From the human T2T-CHM13v2.0 reference genome, Homo sapiens, in NCBI RefSeq assembly GCF_009914755.1, contig NC_060944.1: a DNA stretch of 64,000 nt; one strand, 5' to 3'. The notes under the pieces were generated by a model. The model searched no databases and was not told the origin of the DNA. It worked only from the letters and a program-made list of their open reading frames with translations. A program made the position numbers and the translations under genes. Position 1 is the stretch's first letter. Each line of letters opens with the position of its first letter. Of this stretch, positions 1-10,360 are shown piece by piece.

Positions 1-2439
1 GAAATTAACCAACAACGGTGGATCTCAGGTGTCTTCATACTTATTACCATGCAAGAGATGGTTGGTGTACAGATCAGGGCTCTGCACTTTATTCCTTCAA
101 AAACTGCATGTCTGTCTCCCTAGAGGAAGGGATCCAGTTAACCTAAGGTTAAAGAAACAAAGTCTGTGGTATGTCATGAGGAAATGCTTTAGGGACCTGG
201 TAAAACAAAAAGAAAAACAGTGCTCGGCATTAAGAAACTGCCATCATGACTACCCATGGAAGAAAACCGGGAATAGAAAAACTGGATTATTAAACTGTGG
301 AACAGAGCTATAAGCAGCTTGGGAAAAGATGTCCCCAAATCACTAGAATCCATCTCCTTTGGTTTAGCATGTTTTGTTACATTTAAGCGTCACACAAAAC
401 TTGGTAGATACTAATGTCAAGTCAGTTTACAGATGAGAAAAAGTGAGTCTCAGAGAAACGTTCCTGTTGCAGATCAGGAGATGGTAGGGTCTTAGATGGA
501 CATGGCAGACGATGCCTGGTTGATCATTACTATGGGAGAGTTTGGTGTCTAAGCCTGGGGTCAGTGGAGAGCACCACTATGAGGACACCTCTGTGGCCCA
601 AACAGAGCAGAGTGCCAGAAAGACCATGAAAGACTCACACTTGATAGCATCACTTCTGGCCTCTGGGACCCTGTGGTCAGCTAGAGAGGCATGACGATGA
701 TACTGGACTCAGGACACTGGGCTGGAATCCCAGCTCTGTCCAATTTGATGTAGAACCTTCCTTTCTCTGGGCCTCAGTTTCCCTATTTGTAAGATCAGTG
801 CATTGGAACAGATGCTCTTTAGAGGCCCCAAGTCTTAGATTCTAGCTGGGTTTTTGCCTTATAGAGGACTCTCAGGACCCAGAGAGCCAACTTTCCTGAA
901 TAAAAAGCCTAGGAATAGACACCATGCATGACCCCGAACTTCACAGTGGACCAAGCACTTTTATATCCCATTTTAAAGAAAAGGAAATGGAACCTCAGAG
1001 AGTAAGCCCACTTGCCCAAGATGACACAGCAAGTCAGAGGTACAGTAAGATTCAAACCCAAGTCTTCAGAATTCAGCCACATACTGCTTCATTATGGTCC
1101 CTCCAAGACTTCTTTAGTCCTAAACCCAGAGTTGGAGATGCCTGGGATAGTAGCACTGTCCAGATAATCCTTCGGCGGAAAGTTAAAAAATGATCTTAAA
1201 GATGCAAGAAGTGAGAGTGCTGAATAAACCAAGGAGAATAGGTGCTATTTTCAGGTGCAATTTGAGCAAGGGCTCAAACTATAGCTCCCACAAGATTCTC
1301 TCCACGGCACTTCTCTTCATGTTGGCTTCATTCTTAGTCAGGCTCCCTCTTAGCATTTATAATATGGCTGTGGCATCTCCTCCCATCTTCCCAAATTCAT
1401 GTCTAGTAAGGGCTTTTTCTGGGCAACTCAACTAACTAGGAGTGGCTAGAATTAAATCTTTAAACCAATGATTGGGACCAGGGAACTGGGATGTACCGAT
1501 TGGTTTAAGCCAAGGCCACAATACTCATCACCATGTGTACTCATCCCCAAATCCAGTGGAATTTTCAGAGTGGGAGAGGGAATGATTCTCCTGGGGTAAA
1601 TTAGGATATAGCTACCAGCAGAAGGGTGAAAGGATGCTCAGTGGTAAAAATAGCAGTGAGTGTTCTCTAAAGTATACCCCTTTTGGTTACTGAAATCTAC
1701 ATAACTAAATTTTTTCAAATACTTTCTAAACCAACATCTACATAAAATGCACTCAACCTCTCTCCCAAAGAAAGACAACAAAATGTCTCTCTGGGTACTA
1801 TATTCATCTCCAGTTCTGCAATGTGGGTGAAAGCAGTTCTGTCAGTTAAATTTATAGTCTTCACAGATTAAGTTTAATAAGCTTAAGTAAATTTAACCAC
1901 TTCAAATGCACCCAATATAGAATGGTAGATTGAGGGCGGAATGACTGCAATAAAAAGTCCTATTTGCAAAAGGGAAATATAGGAAGATATATACAAATTG
2001 TCACTGGCCCGTAATACGGATTGTACATCCTGTAAGACAGGGATGTGAGGACTTCCTACCTAATGTTGGAGTGATTTCCTTACTCAATAAATCTGAAGAA
2101 TCCAGTTCTGCTGTCTGGGAGCCTCTCCTTTGCCTGTCACCTTCCATGGCTACATCTTGGAGGAGTATTGCAGAGGATGCCCTTTTGTTGGGGAAGGAAG
2201 GGCATCTGCACCTTTTCAAGAATTCACTTTATATAGGTGCAGCAGGATGTGGGGATCGACATGAACAATCAGTGGCCATTATGAGGCTTGGTTTTCATGT
2301 TTAGTTGGCTCCTGGTCCATTTGCTTCATATAAAAGCATGAACTAGTAACTATTGTCAGAAATCTCGCCGAGTCATGTTTGCCTTTTATTTATTCTGCTT
2401 TACTCCAAATATGCACTTTTAGTCTGAAGATGCATGTCT

Positions 2440-3250
2440 TAATTTAATCCTAAAAGAAAAAGTCCTTTCTTTATCTCTTTGAATATTACTTCTGTGCCAT
2501 TCTCTCCAGTCTCTTTCTGGAACTTCCACCGGATATTTACTAGACCTTCTATTTTTATTATCGTTGTTTTGCCTTTCTCTTATATTTTTCTCTTCATCTC
2601 TCTGTGCTGGGCTCTGGGTGAATTTCTCAGTACTGGCTAAAAATTCACCAAGTTTTCTTTCAGCTGCATCCAGTCTAAACTCTACTTTATCCAATGTTTT
2701 TCCAACTTTTATTTTAGGTTCAAGGGTACATGTGCAGCTTGTTAACATGGGTAAATTGCATGTTAATATTTGATGTACAGATAACTTTGTCACCCAGGTA
2801 ATACCCAATAGGTACTCTTTCAGTCCTAACCCTCCTCGAACCCTTCACTCTCAAGTAAGCCCCAATGCCTATTGTTCTCTTCTTTGTGTCCACGTGTATT
2901 CAGTGTTTAGCTCACACTTATAAGTGAGATGATGTGATACTCTGTTTTTGGTTTTTCTGTTGCTGCTTTAATTCACTTAGGATAATGGCCTCCGGCTCCA
3001 TCCATGTTGCTACAAAGGACATTATTTCATTCTTTCTTATGCCTGCATAGTATTCCATGGTGTTTATGTATCACAGTTTCTTTATCCAGTCCACCATTGA
3101 TGGGCATCTAGATTAATTCCATGTCTTTGCTATTTTGAATACTGCTGCAATGAATATATGCACGCATGTGTCTTCATGGTAGAACAATTTCTATTCGTTT
3201 GGGTATATATCCAGTAATGAGATTGCTGGGTCGAATGCTAGTTCTATCTA
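2440..3250 (-). mobile_element. L1 fragments (old ORF1 remnant plus an L1P 3' end)
   Basis: RLDAAERKLGE...VEVPE resembles L1 ORF1p; 2700-3250 is typical antisense L1 3' UTR. Confidence 0.75.
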
Positions 3251-5269
3251 GTAAGTAATGAATTTTTATTTCAATAATCATTTATTTCCAGTATTTCTAC
3301 TTGGTTTTTTTTATATGTTCATCTGGTAAATCTAAATAATGTACAGTTGTCTGCCACTTTTTTACCAAATTAGGCAGGACAACCCTTAGGCCAATTGTTA
3401 GGTATCTGCATTCTCTGAAAATTCAGCCTCATTGCTTGTTTTAAAAGACATAGAAAGAGACTTAGCATCAATAAACAATAAGCACCTAACCATAGCTCTC
3501 TTGTTTGATGTTGTTTTTCCTCCCATGAACATAAATCAAATTATCAATCAGCAATGCCTCTATGTGCATTTATGTTTAAGGTCTTCCTCAATTAGACAGC
3601 TAACCAAGGTCATCCCCTACAAAATAAGACATACAAGTTATAAATTGGTGCATGCTGGAAAGGAATTAGCATGATTTGCAAACCTAGAGTGTGCCTTAAG
3701 ATTTTCCCATAGAAAATGGAGGCAATTATATCTCTATTCTGGTGTCTGTAATCCTAGCACTTTGGGAGGCCAAGGTGGGAGGATCGTTTGAGCCCAGTAT
3801 TTCAAGACCAGCCTGGGCAAAATAGCGAGACCCCATCTCTAAAGAAAAATAAAAGAAAAAAATAAAAATTTAAAAGAAAAAAAATCACTTGTGGAGACAG
3901 GGCAAGGAGAAGCTGAGAAAGGAATAAAAACATGGGAGGGGCAGCATGTCCAGTCATCCCTGTTGGTCTAAGAGCAGCAATGCACTTCAAGGGAGAGGCT
4001 GGGTGTCCACCTCCTTCTTTTACCAGAAGGCTTGAATTCCCTTGGCTCGAATTTTGCCATTTGTGCAGGTTGGATTCTTCTTAGCAATTCTGGAGAGACT
4101 GAGAAAGGTGGTTGCCCTCAGAAAAAAACAGTACAAAGAAGAGTTAGAGAACTCATGGATGGGGAGAGCTGGGATCTGGGGCAACAGCAGCAAATGTCTG
4201 AACCAGAAGTAGAAGCCAAGAAAATTCAGTGGTGGCAGGAGCATTCGAAACCTCCCCTCCCAAGAAATGATTTGTGACAGTGTCGGATTGAAGACCAAGA
4301 TGTTTCTCACATTTTTCCCCCACGGGCTGGCATATCTCCCCAAAGGGAGACATCCATTTACTCAAGGACCAACAAAAAAGAAGCCATGACTTGTCACTAA
4401 GGAAGTTGTGGGCCTTGATAAGACATATTAAAAAAAGAACATGGCCTCTGTGGCGGTTGAACATGTGTTTGCTTTGTAATTGTTCATTAAATCTTACTCT
4501 TATTTTATGTGCTTTTCCTAATGCATGTTTTGTTTTACAATTTTAAAGTGTTGGGAGAAAGAATGAGTATTGGAAATTAGGCAATTGTCAGCAATGCTGG
4601 AACCTACAGGGGAGGCCAAGAGGAGAAAGAAAAATGACCTATCAAACTCTAGAACAAGGAGGATGCAGACCCCCAATTCCACAGCCTGGACTAACATCTC
4701 CCAAATTATCCTATATCCTTTCGCTTGATCTCAGTGACATTCATTAAAAGATCACAGACTTTGGAATCAGACTGACCAGCTTTTAAATCCTGTCTTTCCC
4801 ACTTAATAAATATGTTCCCTTTGATAATTCTGATACTTGTGGCTAATAATTACTGAGCATCTTTTTTATGCTGGACACTGTGCTAAAGGCTTTGCATGCT
4901 TTTTCACATTTAAACCTATAACAATGAATAAAGCAGGTAGTACAGTATCCAATTTTACAAACAGGAAAAATAAGGCTCAGAGTCGGCCTCCTATACAAGG
5001 TGACAGGAGGAAGGAATGCTTTGGGTGAATTTGATAGGGGCTGTCTAAGGAATAATGCTTCTTACCCAGGCCTGAAGAGCAGCCATGATTCCCTGTGCCC
5101 AAAGCTGGGGTAAGGAGAGAGAACCACTGAGGGTCAACTCTTCAGTTCATGCAACTGATGTGCCTGCTGTACAGATGGTGCGTGAGCTCCAGATAGAAGC
5201 ATCAGTTAGCATAAACTGTCTCTGGTGTCATCTTGATTAAAAATAGGACAATCTCCAATTTTATAAACA

Positions 5270-6700
5270 CATTTTTAAAGTTGTATTTTCCACATTTAAG
5301 TCGTTAATCCATCTGGAATTTATTTTTGTGAAAGGTTTAAGTAGAGACTTTGTTTGATTTTTTTTCCAATATGGAATGCCAATTGTTCCCTATATCATTG
5401 ATCCCCCTTTTGATCATAAAACTGTATTAATTTTGTACCAGTTTTCATATGTGGATGGATGCACTCTACTAGGTTTTCTTACTCAATTTGTTCACTCCCA
5501 GACCAATACCATACTCCTTTAATTTGCATCTATATTTTTTATAACCTGGTGCTTCGCAGTAGAAGTCTTTTCTGTTTTGCTTGTTTAGAATTGTTTTGGC
5601 TATCCCTGTGCTTTTACTCTACCATGTAAACTTTAGGGTCAATTTGACAAGGTCCTTAAAAACTCTGTTGAATTTTTATTATGATTGCATCCATGCTATA
5701 AATTACCTGGAAGAGCCAAAATATTTACCATAGTAAGTCTTCCCAAGTATAAAAAAATAAGTCTCACTCTATTTATTCAAGGCCTCTTCAAGTCTTTTAA
5801 TAAAATTTTATTTTCATCATATAATTTTTCCAGGTAATCATAAATTTTATGGCTGTTGTGAATAGTTTACCCATTGATTCTCTTGGATTTCATCCTGAGA
5901 CAATCATATCATTTGTAAACACTCACAATTTTATCTCTCCCTTTCCAATCCTTATACCTCTTTATTTTTATGTCCAATTTTATTGCATTGGCCTAAGATC
6001 ACTAATATGAGATTGACTGAAAATGGAGATGGGAGAAATTCTGCCCTTGTACCTGTCTTTAAGGATGCCATTTCTAAAGTGTCATCACTGAGTATATTTG
6101 CTGCGACTGTTGGTAAATACCTTTTACCAGATTAGTTATGTTCACTTTTGTTCCTGGTCTAGGGTGTTTCTATTTTTATTACACATGAATGTAGAATACA
6201 ATATAGAATGATTTTTATGAAACTATTTAGAGACTCATTTGGGTCATCTTTAAACTTTTAATTTGCTTAATCCCCTTGATAGATTTTCTGTTCTTGAACT
6301 ATCTTTGCATATCTGTTTATTTATTTATTTATTATATTTATTATAGGGATACCCTACTATTATAATAAATGTCCTAGCATGTATTATACTTGTCACTTTG
6401 AAATATTTCAAATGTATGGAAAAAAATGGGAAGAACAGTACAAAGAACTACCATATTCCCTTCACCCAGATTCACTAAATGTTAACATTTTGCCACATTT
6501 GTTTTATCATTCTTTCTCTTTTGTGTGTGTGAGAGAATAGAATGTTTTATTCCAACCATTGAGAATAAGTTGTATACATTATGCTCCTCTGTCCATGAAT
6601 ACTTCAGTGTGTATTCGCTATGAATAAGGACACCTTTATATAACCACAGTACAGTTATCAACTTCAAAAAATTCAACACTGACAAAAAATCCCAACATTT
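5270..6700 (-). mobile_element. Old L1M fragments
   Basis: T-rich antisense L1 ORF2/3'-end motifs (ccatctggaatttattttt, gatagattttct). Confidence 0.65.
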
Positions 6701-7587
6701 TGGATTTTCCCATGTATTCTCATAAGAAAAAAGAGTCTAGTTTCTTAAACTCTGATTATGATATAAACACACAATATCAAAGATAAGCACCACAAAAGTT
6801 TCCATCCGTGCTTTCCCTTCTTTTAGTCTCTGAAATCATTTGGGATAGAAATTGTCTTTCTTGTAGGTTTGGTAAAAAATGAATACATTTCATATTATTT
6901 CCCATTTTAAAAGAAGAGATTTAATTACCAAGTGAAAACCTCTTAACTTGTTTTCTTTTATAAAAGGAGAAATTTAATTACCATTTTAAATTCTTTAATG
7001 ATTAGAGGTTTGTTCAGGTTTCAAATTTCTTCCTGGAACCAGAAAGGACAAAGAGAGGAGAGGAAACTGGTCATGCCTGGTAACCACTGAAGCAATTCAT
7101 TTCAGACCTGTGTTACAACTCCTGATAAATGAAATCAAAGAGGATCACACTCATGTGTGTGTGATTTCTGAATAGTGCCCCAAAGAAAGTGCTAAACCTG
7201 ACCAACAACAGCAACATTCTCAATAGGAGGTGGAGTGAGGATTGGTGCCACAAGGAACCTGGAGCTGATCCTAAAGGAAAATAAATATCTACTAGTTGTT
7301 GACCGATGTCACTGTGCACTTCTCTCACAAACAATGCCTTTATTCCTCACCACCATACAAAAAAGGAATTAATATTAACCCCATACATACATGGTAAAAT
7401 TGACGCTCAGAAGGATGAATTCCCGAGCAATTTGGACATAACTCACACAATTATGATTTAAGATATGATCTGTCTCACTCAAAATCCACTATTCTTTCCA
7501 CTCCACATGCTGAGAGCAAGGCCACAAATCCCACCACCTCTCTCACTTCTCTCCTTTCCTCCCATCATCCCCCATGTCCTAGACCAT

Positions 7588-7826
7588 GGGCCAGGTACAG
7601 TGGCTCATGCCTGTAATCCCAATGCTTTGGGAGACCGAGGCGGGAGAATCACTTGAGGCTAGGAGTAACATAGGCTGGTCTTGAACCAGCCTATGAGACC
7701 TCATCTCAAAAAGAAAAAAAGAAAAAGAAAGAAAGGATGGAAGGAAAGAAGGAAGGAAGGGAGGGAGGGAGGGAAAGAAAGAAAGAGAAAAAAGAAAGAA
7801 AGAAAGAAAGAGAAAAAGAAAGAAAG

Positions 7827-7865
<39 letters not shown>

Positions 7866-8140
7866 GAGAAAGAAAGAAAGAGAGAAAGAAAGGGAAAGGA
7901 AAGGAAAGGAAAGGAAAGGAAAGGAAAGGAAAGGAAAGGAAAGGAAAGGAAAGGAAAGGAAAGTCAGGTGTGATTATATGCACCTGTAGTCCTAGCTACT
8001 TGAGAGGCTGAGGCAGGAGACCCCCTTCAACCGAGGAGTTCAAGGTTACAGGGAGCTATGACTGCACCATTGCACTTCAGCATGGGCAACAGAGTAAGAC
8101 TCTGTCTCTTAAAAGTAAACAGATAAATAAATAAATATAT
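7588..8140 (+). mobile_element. AluJ-like element split by a purine microsatellite
   Basis: Left arm 7588-7707, right arm 7963-8135. Confidence 0.8.
7708..7962 (+). repeat. Compound (GGAA)/(GAAA)/(GGAAA)n purine tract
   Basis: Seen directly. Confidence 0.95.
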
Positions 8141-9609
8141 TGAGTCTAACAGGGTGGGAAAACACTTAGATAATCTCTAGAGAGACTCTGACTATACTAG
8201 TCTAGGCTTGACTCGTCAGCCATCTCATGCCCATTCCCAACCCACCCAGAGATCCCGCAAACCTGGGAGATCCTAACAAACCATTTTTTAAATGAAGAGA
8301 AGAGACTATGGCAGAATCTACAGACTGATGCAATCCACATCCATTTCAACCATTTTTTATGTATCTCTCTATAGTGCAGAGGCTACAATGTTAAAAGCTA
8401 CATTCTCCAGACCCCCTGAAGGTAGGGTCGGCTGTCATTTATGTTTCACCAGTCAGATGCACTCTCACAAGGGTTGAACCAAGGCTAAGTTAGAGGAAAG
8501 CAGAGTGTAGGACATATATTCTGCTGGTACAGACCATGGCAGAAGCAGAATGGTTCTCCAGCCGGGAGCTTCCTGAATTGTAGCCAAGGCACCATGACTC
8601 AGGGGGAGGAAATTTTCCTGATACTCAGTGTACCGGCTTCTCCTTCAGCCCTCCAAGTGATTTTGTAGGACATCTAATCCTAATAATAAACTTTCTGTTT
8701 AAACTAGCTAGAGTAGTTCCTGGTTTTGTAACTGATGCTTAACCAATATAGAAGATAAGAGAGATACAGGAGTTTGCCTGAGGTCAATCAGCTAGTTGAT
8801 GCCAGAGCTGAGGTTCGAACTCAAGAATCTTAGGATGTGGCCTTCTGCTCCCAACCTCAAGTAACCTGAACTCTTGGGACACCAATCAGTGGGGCTGGGG
8901 TAAAAGGAATTCTTAGGGAGATCCTGTGTTCCCCGGTTTTAGCTGACTCCTCTTCACCCCATTGGTGAAGGAGGAATTTCTGACCTAGGGTTATAAGGAT
9001 GGCCAACCACATGACACCCATTGCTGAACAGATGAGATCCATAGCTGTTTATTTTTCACATCCCAGCCTGGGGACAAGGACACTGCATGCCACCCAGGGC
9101 CACAGGGAGATTGCACTTGGGAGCCCCGTGTGCCACCGGGGGCTGTGAGAGGCAAGGTTTATAGTGTTATGAGGGTGAGATGTTCTCTGCCTCCCACAGG
9201 AGGGTATGACTGGCTTGCTTGAATAATTCTGCAGGCTGTCAGGAAACTGAAACCCATTCATCAGGAGTAAGCAGGACCTGTAGCTGGTCCCTTAATAAAG
9301 AGGTTGTTTAGCTATGAGACTTTTACCATGGGAATACAGTAAAGAGGGAAACTTGAGATTAGTAAATTCCAGGTCCCTCGTGATTTTATCAGATGTCACG
9401 GTAGCAGATAAGATTGAATTTGAATTTTAAATTTTGGACCACATCTCCTTGAACAAAATTGTTGAGATGATGGGAAAAAAAACAGTGTTGAAGATAGCAG
9501 TGCCAGGCAGCTACTCCCTCAAAGGGATAAATAAGCAGGTGACCTCTTATTAATGGCCCAGGGCACCAGCAGTTGTGGTCATAAGTGAGTTACATGAAGT
9601 CAGCCTCTC

Positions 9610-9757
9610 CTGGATTTTTCACGATGTGAATACATGCTTTTCCATACATGCCCTTACAGTACTAGAATTCATCTTAGCACTGGCCTTTCTTCTCACAGTT
9701 GTTTGGGGGTTTGGGCATCACATACTGGCCTCTGGTACTTCCAGACCTTCGGCATAA
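9610..9757 (-). pseudogene. Fossil SLPI-like WAP-domain exon
   Basis: 9730-9617 translates GQYVMPKPPNNCEKKGQC*DEF*YCKGMYGKACIHIVK, colinear without gaps with SLPI WAP2 (recalled sequence). Two stops; Cys-to-Tyr changes. Confidence 0.85.
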
Positions 9758-10057
9758 CAAGAGAGAGCAAGACCATATGTCATCCCTGTCCCTAGGATTC
9801 TGCCCCACCACTTCCAGTGGATGCAATCAAGCCTGAGAATTGCCTTCAGGAACAAGCAACCACCCTGTTGGCCAGTGTTGAACTTTCCCTGGCAATACAA
9901 CCCGTAATGTTAGTCAGCTTCTGGTCTATTTGCTTCCATGGACTTGTAACCAAAGCCAAGTATCTTGTTGTATAGATGTTAATTAATTCATTATGCTCCA
10001 TATTTCATGTATGCTTTTGAGGTGATCGCTCACATTTTTAATTCTAAAAAAATTTTT

Positions 10058-10360
10058 GGCTGGGCACTGTGGCTCATGCCTGTAATCCCAGCCCTCTGGG
10101 AGGCCAAGATGAGTGGATTGCTTGAGTCCAGGAGTTCAAGACTAGCCTGGGTGACATAGTAAAATCCCGTGTCTACAAAAGATACAAAAAGTAGCCGAGC
10201 GTGGTAGTGTGCACCTGTAGTCCCAGCTACTCCAGAGGCTGAGGTGAGAGGGTCACCTGAGCCCAGGAGGTGGAGGTCACAGTGAGCCAAGATTGTGCCG
10301 CTGCACTCCAGCCTGGGTGACAGAGTGAGACCCCACCTCAAAAATACAAATAAAAATAAA
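10058..10360 (+). mobile_element. Alu
   Basis: Full dimeric Alu consensus. Confidence 0.9.

Noticed and set aside
570-645. Minus-strand IKCESFMVFLALCSVWATE resembling a WFDC signal peptide
   Set aside because: No ATG at the expected position, in-frame stop, no donor; better explained as intron following the GTGAGT donor at 638.
2419-2808. 129-aa ORF
   Set aside because: Chimera of L1 fragments (ORF1 remnant), not a host gene.
7579-7989. Lys/Glu/Arg-rich and Phe/Leu/Ser-rich ORFs (also 55531-55923)
   Set aside because: Purine microsatellites lack stop codons.
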